Notes under the pieces: generated by a model | Databases searched by the model: none | What the model was told of the DNA's origin: nothing | What the model saw: the letters and a program-made list of their open reading frames with translations, nothing else | Assembly (NCBI GenBank): GCA_964550945.1 | Contig: CAZKBD010000005.1 | Span: 1-47,961 of the forward strand | Direction of reading: 5' to 3' | Source: an uncultured Methanosarcinales archaeon | GTDB lineage: Archaea; Nanobdellota; Nanobdellia; Woesearchaeales; CAZKBD01 | Length of the DNA: 47,961 nucleotides | Program-made: the position numbers and the translations under genes | Shown: piece after piece, positions 19,015 to 27,717 of the stretch | Layout of the letters: every line of letters begins with the position of its first letter | Numbering within the stretch: the first letter of the stretch is position 1

Positions 19015-19278
19015 ATGAAATTAAAAATAACAAAACCAACAAAAGAAGAGAAAAAGGAAGCCGAAAACTGGCCTATATGGGAGAAGGAAGTTAGCGAATT
19101 TCCATGGGAATATGACGAGAAAGAGACTTGTTTGATATTAGATGGGGATGTTGAAGTAACTAATGAGAATGGGGAGAAATTTCATTTCAAAAAAGGAGAC
19201 TTGGTTGAGTTTCCTCAGGGAATGAAGTGCAAGTGGAAAATAAAAAAAGCTGTGAGAAAATATTATAAGTTTGGCTGA
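19015..19278 (+). CDS. small cupin (DUF861/EutQ-like)
   Basis: WPIWEKE...FPWEY..KETCLIL.G and GDLVEFP.G. Confidence 0.88.
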   Translation: MKLKITKPTKEEKKEAENWPIWEKEVSEFPWEYDEKETCLILDGDVEVTNENGEKFHFKKGDLVEFPQGMKCKWKIKKAVRKYYKFG

Positions 19279-19533
19279 TCATCTGTATCTTATCTTGAAT
19301 ATCAATATGACCAGTGCTAAAGTAAAGGTTATGCTATTTGCAATAAGTATGGATATTGAGTTTATTAGATACCCATAAACCCACCATAAAATAAGGCCTA
19401 TACAGGTTAATATGAACATTCCCAAAGAAATGTCTTTTGTTGATTTTGTTTTTACTACCTTGATCAGCTGTGGAAAATAAGCTATTGTTGTCAAACTGCC
19501 TGCAATTATTCCTACTATCTCAACTGGATCCAT
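19279..19533 (-). CDS. SemiSWEET / PQ-loop transporter
   Basis: LTTIAYFPQ..K...TKSTKDIS, W..YG and ANS motifs; 84 aa. Confidence 0.92.
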   Translation of the reverse strand: MDPVEIVGIIAGSLTTIAYFPQLIKVVKTKSTKDISLGMFILTCIGLILWWVYGYLINSISILIANSITFTLALVILIFKIRYR

Positions 19534-19559
19534 CTTATCATACCTCTATCGTGAATAAA

Positions 19560-19680
19560 CGCCAAGGCCAGGACTTTCAATGAATTGGAATCTTGAAGCC
19601 AATTCCTGTTTGAACCTGGATTCCCTTGCAGGAACTTGCTTTCGAGGCAAGCGCGTTAAGCCGGATTCCGCCACCTTGGC
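19560..19680 (-). tRNA. tRNA-Ser(CGA) with 35-nt T-loop intron at 59/60 (19574-19608)
   Basis: Acceptor GCCAAGG/CCTTGGC+G; CTTGC-CT-CGA-AA-GCAAG; long variable arm. Confidence 0.92.
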
Positions 19681-19775
19681 ATAGATGAGAGATATTTAGA
19701 TTACTATATCAATTTTTCTTTAGAACTTCATAGTTGTCAGAAAGATTTATAAATATAATCTCCTTAATTTTGTTT

Positions 19776-20339
19776 ATGGGACTCAAAGAACAGGCAGTAA
19801 TATTCAAAGTGAACGAATACCTGAAAAAGCCCGAAATCAGGAAGCTGCTAGTTGGAAAAATAGTTGAGGCAAGCAAAGACCCTGAGTTCAAAGAATTCCT
19901 GAAAGAGGATGTGGAGGAAGTCTTAAGAGAAAATCATGGGGCAGTGGAAAAAATCCCTGAACCGCACAGGTCAATTTTTATTAAGAAGAATGTGCCCCAG
20001 GATTCTATTAAGAAGGCAGCTAAAGATGTTCTAAAGGAACTTGAAAAAGAGGTTGACCTAAAGCAAAAGCATATATCTTTGGGAAGCAAATTTATTGAGA
20101 CCATATTACAAACTAAGCTGCTCAATTTTAGATTCAGTGACCTTTATTTGAGGCAGCGCAGCTTTGCCTGGATATCTAGCGTAACTGCTGTATGTTTTCT
20201 TCTGGCAGTATTGACCAAGATGAACGACCAAATAGGCATGTCAAAGATATTCCTAGGAGTAGGCACAGGGCTTATTGCTGGCGGTTTCTTAACCTATTAT
20301 TTCTTGTTAAGAACTTATAAGGATATTTTTGCAAAATGA
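19776..20339 (+). CDS. hypothetical protein with 2 C-terminal TM
   Basis: Start after TATA at 19746; overlaps the ZIP start. Confidence 0.65.
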   Translation: MGLKEQAVIFKVNEYLKKPEIRKLLVGKIVEASKDPEFKEFLKEDVEEVLRENHGAVEKIPEPHRSIFIKKNVPQDSIKKAAKDVLKELEKEVDLKQKHISLGSKFIETILQTKLLNFRFSDLYLRQRSFAWISSVTAVCFLLAVLTKMNDQIGMSKIFLGVGTGLIAGGFLTYYFLLRTYKDIFAK

Positions 20340-21082
20340 ATGCTTTAATCTGGTCTGTTGGGGCAGCAATAATTGTTAGCTTAATCTCCCTATTTGGAGC
20401 AATGACATTATTTTTTAAAGAAAGCTCTATTAAAAAGATACTCTTAATATTAGTCGGTTTTTCAGCAGGAGCTTTGATGGGAGCTGCTTTTCTTCACCTT
20501 ATCCCTGAAGCTGCTGAAAAATTGCCAATAACCCTGGTAAGCCTTTATTTGTTGGTAGGGTTTTCATGCTTTTTTTTAATAGAAAGGATACTTCATTGGC
20601 ACCACTGCCATAAGAGAGGCCATTGTGAGGTGCATACATTCAGATATATGAACCTGATAGGAGATGGCGCGCATAATTTTATTGATGGCTGCATAATATC
20701 AGCAGGGTTTTTAATAAATGTGCCTACTGGAATTGCAACAAGCATTGCTATAATTGCCCACGAAATCCCTCAAGAGATCAGCGATTTTGGTGTTTTGATC
20801 TATGGGGGATTTAGCAAAGCTAAAGCGCTTTTTTGTAATTTTTTATCTGCTGTTACAGCCATTATCGGAGCTTTTATCGGTTATTTTCTATCGCAGTCAA
20901 TAAATGGCTTCCTAAATTTTTTAATACCTTTTGCTGCAGGCGGCTTTATCTATATTGCTGCTGCTGATCTTGTTCCAGAGCTTCATAAGGAGACTGATCT
21001 TAAGAAATCGATGCTGTACTTTTTATTTTTCTTGTTGGGGATAGTATTTATATCTCTGGCAAGATTGATTTTTGAGAATTAA
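20336..21082 (+). CDS. ZIP-family metal transporter
   Basis: HLIPEA, His-rich loop, GDGAHNFIDG and HEIPQEISDFG. Confidence 0.95.
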   Translation: MNALIWSVGAAIIVSLISLFGAMTLFFKESSIKKILLILVGFSAGALMGAAFLHLIPEAAEKLPITLVSLYLLVGFSCFFLIERILHWHHCHKRGHCEVHTFRYMNLIGDGAHNFIDGCIISAGFLINVPTGIATSIAIIAHEIPQEISDFGVLIYGGFSKAKALFCNFLSAVTAIIGAFIGYFLSQSINGFLNFLIPFAAGGFIYIAAADLVPELHKETDLKKSMLYFLFFLLGIVFISLARLIFEN

Positions 21083-21672
21083 GCTGCTTCTCTTCTTTCG
21101 GATTGTGATTGAGGTATGTCAGCCACCCCTCTTACAATTCCATAACTATGCTTATACTTATCAAGCTGTATTACTAATTCCAATCCTTTTGGAATTGCCG
21201 GAGCACTAAAGCTGAACTTTAGCCTTTCTACCTCTGTCAGTGGAATTCTAGCTTCATAAAGAAGGGTTTTACCATCTCTTACTTCTAATGTGACTTGGCT
21301 TTTCTCTTTTAACCCCAACATATAACATGCTCTAACAACGCCTGCAATATCAAGTTCAGTGATGAAATCTGGCGCAATCTTTCCAGAGATTTCCCTATAA
21401 CCTTCTTTAGAACGGACATCTTCAATAAGAGGCACAAAAGGCGGCCTTTTATCCATTAGCGCTTGTAGAACAAAATCAGTATACGGCTTTTGTTCTGAGG
21501 TTATATCAGCATCATCTAATTGAGGATATGGCAATTTATATCCGGTTGGAAGATGGCTTCTAATAGAATTTATTGCTATTGAACCCATAAATCCTAAGAG
21601 ATCATAAATAGCAGCAGTTGCTCCATACAATCTTGTATAAGCTTTAGTTATCCTGTCTTTGATATGACTCAT
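21079..21672 (-). CDS. hypothetical protein
   Basis: 197-aa ORF with upstream TATA. Confidence 0.6.
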   Translation of the reverse strand: MSHIKDRITKAYTRLYGATAAIYDLLGFMGSIAINSIRSHLPTGYKLPYPQLDDADITSEQKPYTDFVLQALMDKRPPFVPLIEDVRSKEGYREISGKIAPDFITELDIAGVVRACYMLGLKEKSQVTLEVRDGKTLLYEARIPLTEVERLKFSFSAPAIPKGLELVIQLDKYKHSYGIVRGVADIPQSQSERREAA

Positions 21673-21744
21673 TTCTGACTCAAATACGCCCTTATTTTTA
21701 AATTTATCCAGAATTAGGGTTTAGCTCTGCAAAAAGAGGCAATT

Positions 21745-21852
21745 ATTTAAACAGATAATACAACTAACTTAAATTTATATGATAAACGAAAAGCTAAAAT
21801 TTAAACAGATAATACAACTAACTTAAATTTATATGATAAACGAAAAGCTAAA
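21745..21852 (+). repeat. exact 54-bp tandem duplication spanning the CDF promoter and start
   Basis: ATTTAAACAG...GAAAAGCTAAA at 21745-21798 and 21799-21852. Confidence 0.9.
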
Positions 21853-22738
21853 TGCGGCAATAAAGTCAGTCTATGTAAATTCTGTACTGATCACAGTTAA
21901 ATTATTCACAGGCATATTAACCGGCTCTCTTGGAATAATTGCAGAGTTTATCCATTCATTTTTTGACCTTTTGGCATCTGTCTTTGCATACGTTGGGATA
22001 AAAAAAGCATCAGAACCAGCAGATAAACACCACCGATATGGCCATGAGAGAGTTGAAAATATCTCGAGCCTTTTTCAATCTGTATTGATAACATTGACAA
22101 GCATATTCATTCTCTATGAAGCTTACAGAAGGATCACAAAAGGAGGCCATGCAGTAAAAGAGAGCATTATAGGCATTATAGTGATGGTCTTGGCGCTTGT
22201 TGTTGATATTATATTCTCAAGATATCTCCATAAAAAGAGCGCAAAAACAGGGTCACCTGCGCTTGAAGCAGATGCTTACCATTTCTCAACAGATGTATGG
22301 AGCACTATAGCTGTAATAATAGGCCTAGGAGCAACCTCTTTAGGCTATCCTTTGTTCGATATTTTAGGGGCTGTTTTTGTCGCTTTGCTGATGTTATACC
22401 TTTCTGTCAGGCTTGGAATAAAAGCATTTGAAGTCATGCTTGACCATGTTCCTGATGATAGGCATCTTGAGGAGATCACTTCAACTATTGCAAAATATCC
22501 TGGAGTAAAAGGATTCCATTCGTTGAGGGCTAGAGAAGCCGGAAGCAGGATATTTGTTGATGTGAGCATACACCTTGATAAATCATTGGAACTTGAAAAA
22601 GCCCATAGTATAGCTGAGAAATTAGAATTAGCAATAATGAAAAGCTGCCCAAAGGTAAAGGAAGTAGTTGTGCATGTTGAGCCGGAATGCCTGCATGATT
22701 TAGAAAAGTTGTCAAAGAGTGAGAAACAGGTTAAATAA
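21833..22738 (+). CDS. cation diffusion facilitator (FieF-like)
   Basis: HSFFD, PAD..H.YGH.R.E, ADAYH..TD and VVVHVEP motifs. Confidence 0.95.
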   Translation: MINEKLNAAIKSVYVNSVLITVKLFTGILTGSLGIIAEFIHSFFDLLASVFAYVGIKKASEPADKHHRYGHERVENISSLFQSVLITLTSIFILYEAYRRITKGGHAVKESIIGIIVMVLALVVDIIFSRYLHKKSAKTGSPALEADAYHFSTDVWSTIAVIIGLGATSLGYPLFDILGAVFVALLMLYLSVRLGIKAFEVMLDHVPDDRHLEEITSTIAKYPGVKGFHSLRAREAGSRIFVDVSIHLDKSLELEKAHSIAEKLELAIMKSCPKVKEVVVHVEPECLHDLEKLSKSEKQVK

Positions 22739-22795
22739 AATATTATTTCTTAAAGAAAAGCTTTTAAATGAACAACAAAATCTATAAGTTAATTT

Positions 22796-22817
22796 GGGCT
22801 CATAGCTCAGCCTGGTT
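22796..22817 (+). pseudogene. truncated 5' copy of tRNA-Lys (22 bp)
   Basis: GGGCTCATAGCTCAGCCTGGTT identical to 23680-23701; preceded by BRE-TATA at 22755-22769. Confidence 0.9.
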
Positions 22818-22984
22818 TAATAAATTTCTCAAATTTTTGTTTCATTCAGTAAGTTACATTACTTATAAAACATCTCAACCATCAAATTATGATTTCTGTC
22901 CATTAGCACTGGACATGGACGCGTAGCGCTTATAAATAGAAATCAATTATCTAGTTTCAACCGGGGAAGAGTTTGTGATGTAAC

Positions 22985-23656
22985 ATGAATTCAACAAAAA
23001 TTAATTCAGGAAATATCAAAATAAGTGAAGGCTTAGCAGAATTCTATGGGGCTATGATTGGAGATGGTTGTTTATCGATATGTAATTCACGAAGTAGAAA
23101 AAAACCAATACATATTGTGCTATTAACCGGCCATACTCATGATGAACCTTATTATCGAAATGTTATTCGTCCAATATTCTACAAGGAGTTTGGTATTAAT
23201 GGCTACTTATGCTTTAGGAAACCGTATAACATGACTTATTTTAGAACTGATAGCAGGAGAATATTGTATTTTATGAATCAGCTAGGTTTTCCTATAGGGC
23301 TTAAGGGTAATATAAAGATTCCTGACTTGATAATGTCTGATGATCGATTGTCTCTAGCCTGTATTAGGGGAGTATTTGATACAGATGGGAGTATATATAA
23401 TCGTTATTCTAAGAAATATAAAAACCATGTAAAAAAGTATAACTATAAAAATATTGAATTTAAAATGAATAGCCAGAATATTATTGAGCAAACAAAAATA
23501 ATACTGGAAAGAAACGGGATTAGGACCTCTAACATCCGCAAAAATCGAAAAGCTTATGTTTTAAACATACATCGTCAAAAATCTGTTAGACAATTCTTTG
23601 ACTTGGTTAAGCCGAGTAATCCTTACCATAAAGAAAGATTTTTAAATCAAGGCTAA
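22985..23656 (+). CDS. free-standing two-motif LAGLIDADG homing endonuclease
   Basis: LAEFYGAMIGDG and CIRGVFDTDGSI motifs; no intein splicing motifs. Confidence 0.9.
   Translation: MNSTKINSGNIKISEGLAEFYGAMIGDGCLSICNSRSRKKPIHIVLLTGHTHDEPYYRNVIRPIFYKEFGINGYLCFRKPYNMTYFRTDSRRILYFMNQLGFPIGLKGNIKIPDLIMSDDRLSLACIRGVFDTDGSIYNRYSKKYKNHVKKYNYKNIEFKMNSQNIIEQTKIILERNGIRTSNIRKNRKAYVLNIHRQKSVRQFFDLVKPSNPYHKERFLNQG
23633..23647 (+). promoter_or_regulatory. BRE-TATA inside the endonuclease 3' end, putative tRNA-Lys promoter
   Basis: GAAAGATTTTTAAAT (codons ERFLN) about 33 nt upstream of the tRNA. Confidence 0.65.
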
Positions 23657-23679
23657 TCAACACAGAATGAGGCAAAAAT

Positions 23680-23900
23680 GGGCTCATAGCTCAGCCTGGT
23701 TAGACTTATGTAAAATAAGGACTTTAGCGATTGCCTCTTAATCATTCAGGGGTGAGCAATAGGTCGAGGGTTCAAACCCGAACCTTTCCCCTCACTTCGT
23801 TCGGGCAAATGTTCGATCGAAAACAGGAATGCTTCGCATTCGTTACTTTTAATAAAAGTAACCAAAATGGAAAGGTTTGGTGAAAGTCCCTTTGAGCCCG
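23680..23900 (+). tRNA. tRNA-Lys(CTT) with three introns (22/23 23704-23725, 37/38 23741-23754, 59/60 23777-23886)
   Basis: Acceptor GGGCTCA/TGAGCCC+G; stem ATTGC/GCAAT; BHB folds; T-tract downstream. Confidence 0.9.
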
Positions 23901-24037
23901 TTTTTTTCTTTTTCTTATATCAATATTTAAGAAGAGGCGTTCATACTATTGAGCGTAGCGAGATAATATAAAACTCATCGCAGTTTCCAAAGGTGCAGTC
24001 CTTTGGGTGGGAATCAATTTGAGACTGTTTTTATTTT

Positions 24038-24697
24038 TTATTTCTTCTCAACAAGCTCATGCAGGCTATCATAAGCTTTTATAGAATCCTTCTTTGATAA
24101 GATCAAGGTAAGCTCTGTCTTTGTGGATACAACATCATAGATGTTTATGTTCTCCCAGGCCAGCTTCCTGATGACTGTGAATATGACTCCTGGCGTATGG
24201 ACAAAATCGCCTGATGTAAAGCTGAATGTTAAGGTAACCAAATTGAACTCTTTGTTGATTATCTTCTCTCCTTTTAGGAATGCTATTAACTTATCTTTGT
24301 ATTTATCAGACATTATTATCGAAATTTCATAATTGCCCAGCACTATGTTCAATATATCGCCCCTGCTGAAATCAACCATAGAGTAAAGCTGCTTCAATTT
24401 TGCAAGCAGAGTCTGGCTTTTTACAACTGTAAAATCGCATATGTTGGTCTTTATGACAATCTCAGAGCTGTAGTCAAATTTTGCTATCTTTGTCTCAGTG
24501 CCTTTTATCTCGTCTGCGTATCTTCTCAAAGCCATCACAACTGCAGAATGCTTTACTGTCTTTTCGAGCTCTTCTTCTATCTTTGTTTTTATCTGCTCTG
24601 CCAGGTTACCATAACTGACCAGCTTTTGGCTCAGCGCTTCTTCCAGGAAAGGCTTGTCTTTTATTATCTTTTTAACGATATGACTTATTGTTACCAT
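24038..24697 (-). CDS. ACT-domain protein, paralog of 6991..7626
   Basis: LVSYGNLA...AVVMALRR and TPGV...LAWENINI..VVST. Confidence 0.8.
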   Translation of the reverse strand: MVTISHIVKKIIKDKPFLEEALSQKLVSYGNLAEQIKTKIEEELEKTVKHSAVVMALRRYADEIKGTETKIAKFDYSSEIVIKTNICDFTVVKSQTLLAKLKQLYSMVDFSRGDILNIVLGNYEISIIMSDKYKDKLIAFLKGEKIINKEFNLVTLTFSFTSGDFVHTPGVIFTVIRKLAWENINIYDVVSTKTELTLILSKKDSIKAYDSLHELVEKK

Positions 24698-25114
24698 TTA
24701 CACCACCATACAAAATGTTATAATAATAACACAAATTTTATAAGCATATATAAATGTTTCTATTTTAAATAAATCACATCAAGGTTTCCAGTTAATAATA
24801 ATTAAAAAATAATAATATCACCAATAAAAAGTTAATCAAAAACATAAACAAATAACTTAAAATATAAACAATCATCAGTAATCATAAACTCAATGGTGAT
24901 TATTAACCACTATGGTGAAAATCCAAGGTTAAAAACCGATATTGAATATAAGAGATTAAAAAATATCTTAAAATATTAATGATTAAAAATAATAAATTAT
25001 TACCCACCGCTGTCTTAGGTGGCACATACATAGTAACTGTTATAGTTAAAATAACAGATAGATAACAACAAATAATATATAATAGTGATATCTTAATCAA
25101 TTTTGGTGGTTAAA

Positions 25115-25861
25115 TTGAACATTGCAATAATTGGATACGGAAAAATGGGAAAGGAGATCGAGAGGATTGCTCAAATTAGGGGTATCAGTATAGCTTCGAT
25201 TATAGACCCTAACACTAAAGATGCTCCTTTTGACGAAATAAACAAGGAATCTATGAAAGATGTTGACGTTTGTATAGATTTTACAATGCCTGAGGCTGCT
25301 GTTGAGAATATAAGAAAAGCGGCTAAATTCAAGAAAAATATTGTGATGGCAACAACTGGATGGTATACCAGGATGGATGAGGTAAAAAAAATCGTTAAAG
25401 AAGCTGGAATAGGATTCATATGGTCTGGCAATTTTTCATTAGGCGTGAATATATTCTTCAGGATAGTGGAGAATGCTGCTAAAATTGTAAATAATGTTGA
25501 TGATTATGATGTATTTGCTTATGAGATCCATCATAGCCAAAAAAAAGACAGCCCAAGCGGCACAGCGAAGATGTTAGGGGATATACTTATCAATAACATC
25601 CAAAGAAAAAAATCAATAGTTACAGAAAAGCTGGACAGAAAAATAGAGCCTGATGAAATACACTTAGCAAGCATTAGAGGAGGGAATGTTCCAGGAACCC
25701 ATGCTATCTGCTTTGACAGCGCTGCAGACACAATTGAGTTAAAGCATACTGCACGCAATAGGGAAGGATTTGCATTAGGCGCAGTTATGGCAGCAGAATG
25801 GATTAATAAGAAAAAAGGCTTTTACAATATTGATGATTTTATGAAGGAGATAATAAGGTGA
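25115..25861 (+). CDS. dapB: 4-hydroxy-tetrahydrodipicolinate reductase
   Basis: GYGKMG, IDFT, ATTG, NFSLGVN and EIHH..KKDSPSGTA; exact start uncertain (25103-25115). Confidence 0.95.
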   Translation: MNIAIIGYGKMGKEIERIAQIRGISIASIIDPNTKDAPFDEINKESMKDVDVCIDFTMPEAAVENIRKAAKFKKNIVMATTGWYTRMDEVKKIVKEAGIGFIWSGNFSLGVNIFFRIVENAAKIVNNVDDYDVFAYEIHHSQKKDSPSGTAKMLGDILINNIQRKKSIVTEKLDRKIEPDEIHLASIRGGNVPGTHAICFDSAADTIELKHTARNREGFALGAVMAAEWINKKKGFYNIDDFMKEIIR

Positions 25862-25867
25862 TACCAT

Positions 25868-26746
25868 ATGTTTAAAGGCGTATATACTGCAATCATAACC
25901 CCGTTTAAAAAAGATGAATCAGTTGATTGGGATTCTTTGAAAAAGTTAGTCGAGTTTCAGATAGATAATAATGTAAACGGCATTGTTCCATGCGGCACAA
26001 CAGGAGAATCGCCTACTTTAAGCCACAGCGAGCATGATGAAGTGATTGAGAAAGTTGTTGAATGGGTTGATGGAAGAGCCATTGTAATAGCTGGCACAGG
26101 CTCAAATTCAACTGCAGAAGCGATAAGGCTTACAAAACACGCTGAAGATGCAGGAGCAGACGCTTGCCTGCTTGTAAACCCTTACTATAACAAACCTACT
26201 CAGGAAGGCCTTTACAGGCATTTCAAGAAGATAGCAGATTCTGTTAAGTTTCCTTGCATTGTCTATAACATCAAGGGAAGGACAGCTGTCAATGTAGAAA
26301 CAGCTACTTTGATGAGGCTGATAAAGGACTGCAAAAATATTAATGGAGTAAAGGAAGCTTCTGGAGATCTAAATCAGATTAAAGAGGTAATCAATCAAAG
26401 GCCTGATGGTTTTTCTGTGCTTTCAGGTGATGATAATATGACTTTGCCGCTTATAAAATCTGGAGGCAATGGCGTGATTTCAGTAGCCAGCAATGTGATT
26501 CCTGACAGGATGGCAGCAATGGTAGATGCAGCGCTTTCAGGGGATTTTGATGAAGCTGAAAAATTAAATAATGAGATGGCTGATTTCTTTAGAGGGGAAT
26601 TTATCGAGACAAATCCAATTCCAATAAAAGCAGCTTTGGCGATGAAAGGCATGTGCGAAGAAGTCTATAGGCTGCCATTGTGCGAGATGAGCACATCTAA
26701 TAGGGAGAAGTGGAAGAAGATACTTGAAGAGTTGGATGTGATATAA
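25868..26746 (+). CDS. dapA: 4-hydroxy-tetrahydrodipicolinate synthase
   Basis: GTTGES, PYYNKP, YN, GVKEASG and NPIPIK motifs. Confidence 0.97.
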   Translation: MFKGVYTAIITPFKKDESVDWDSLKKLVEFQIDNNVNGIVPCGTTGESPTLSHSEHDEVIEKVVEWVDGRAIVIAGTGSNSTAEAIRLTKHAEDAGADACLLVNPYYNKPTQEGLYRHFKKIADSVKFPCIVYNIKGRTAVNVETATLMRLIKDCKNINGVKEASGDLNQIKEVINQRPDGFSVLSGDDNMTLPLIKSGGNGVISVASNVIPDRMAAMVDAALSGDFDEAEKLNNEMADFFRGEFIETNPIPIKAALAMKGMCEEVYRLPLCEMSTSNREKWKKILEELDVI

Positions 26747-26755
26747 TATTAGTTA

Positions 26756-27199
26756 CTAAGAGAATTCCTGCATAACTTGTCTAGCCCATTGCTGCTGTTC
26801 TTTGTCATACTCGTTAATATAATTTGGATTAGCTGCTCTTGCCTCCACACCTTCTAATGGCCTATTTGCCCCTCTATCGGTAGGCAACCTTGCAGATGAA
26901 GATACCATTGTAGCTTGATAATGGACTTTACCCCCCCTATTGGCCATGCCTGTGACAAGCACATCTACTTCTTGTCCTTCAGAAAGATTATGATCATGCC
27001 AATAATCAGAATACCTGTTGCCAGGAGGTTGTATAAAAACCATACCGTTTTCTCCTAATAATGCCACTGGATCTTGATAGCTGAACTTACCCCCTGGAGC
27101 AGGTCTAGCACTCCTCGATACATTAATTGAATATACTCCTCCTGTCTCCAACAGGCCAGATATTTCCGCAGCTACCTGATTTTCTCTAGCAGGAACCAT
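26756..27199 (-). CDS. hypothetical protein
   Basis: 147-aa ORF with TATA near 27222. Confidence 0.55.
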   Translation of the reverse strand: MVPARENQVAAEISGLLETGGVYSINVSRSARPAPGGKFSYQDPVALLGENGMVFIQPPGNRYSDYWHDHNLSEGQEVDVLVTGMANRGGKVHYQATMVSSSARLPTDRGANRPLEGVEARAANPNYINEYDKEQQQWARQVMQEFS

Positions 27200-27270
27200 A
27201 AATTAAGGTATAATCCATTTGTATATAAATCTTTTGTTTTTCGTTACCAATAAGTGATTACTAGATTAAT

Positions 27271-27308
27271 GGAAAGGTTTATATATCAGTTATACTTTCT
27301 GTATAACT
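27271..27308 (+). promoter_or_regulatory. TA promoter (BRE-TATA) with palindromic operator
   Basis: GGAAAGGTTTATATA followed by AGTTATAC-tttct-GTATAACT. Confidence 0.6.
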
Positions 27309-27328
27309 AATTATACTTAATGTTTAAA

Positions 27329-27482
27329 CAACAGAATTCCGCCGGTCTGTGATTGATGGTTAAGTGGAATTCTGTGTGCTCAAAAACCGCCGTGATGTGG
27401 CGGAATTCTGAGCATCAAAAACCACTTCATGTTGAATAGTAAATAAAACATGCCGCCCATCTCTGTTGGGTGGTTTTTGACA
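27329..27482 (+). repeat. dispersed ~155-bp palindromic element, copy B
   Basis: Reverse-complement homolog of copies A and C. Confidence 0.9.
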
Positions 27483-27491
27483 CGTGATATC

Positions 27492-27716
27492 ATGATAGCA
27501 GCTAAAATAAAAAAATGGGGCAATTCATATGGTATATTGATACCTAAAAATGAATTGCAAAAGATGAATCTAGGAGAGAATCAAGAGGTAATAGTAGATA
27601 TAAGCAAAAAAGAAAATCCTTTGAAAGAGATGTTTGGGTTTGCTAAGAATGTTAGACCAAAAAAGTCAGCGGAACAGATAATCAAGGGAGCCAGAAAGGA
27701 TCTTGGAGTAGATTAA
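27492..27716 (+). CDS. AbrB/MazE-type antitoxin (VapB)
   Basis: KIKKWGNSYGILIPK. Confidence 0.9.
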   Translation: MIAAKIKKWGNSYGILIPKNELQKMNLGENQEVIVDISKKENPLKEMFGFAKNVRPKKSAEQIIKGARKDLGVD

Positions 27717-27717
27717 A

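Larger units (their letters stand above)
22818..23701 (+). mobile_element. tRNA-targeting endonuclease cassette (HEG + promoter + replacement tRNA 5' end)
   Basis: Bounded by the 22-bp tRNA direct repeat; contains only the LAGLIDADG ORF. Confidence 0.65.

Noticed and set aside
22796..22817. Split (trans-spliced) tRNA half
   Set aside because: No complementary leader or BHB partner seen, and a complete gene lies 0.9 kb downstream
22985..23656. Intein
   Set aside because: No N-terminal C/S block, no HN-C/S/T end and no host protein
24903..25100. 65-aa ORF in the AT-rich spacer
   Set aside because: Low-complexity product with no family resemblance
27329..27482. CRISPR mini-array interpretation of the repeated modules
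   Set aside because: Units are degenerate, partly inverted and separated by short unequal spacers; no cas genes in the window
27450..27491. N-terminal extension of the AbrB antitoxin in the ORF track
   Set aside because: Derived from repeat copy B; the ATG at 27492 fits the family start
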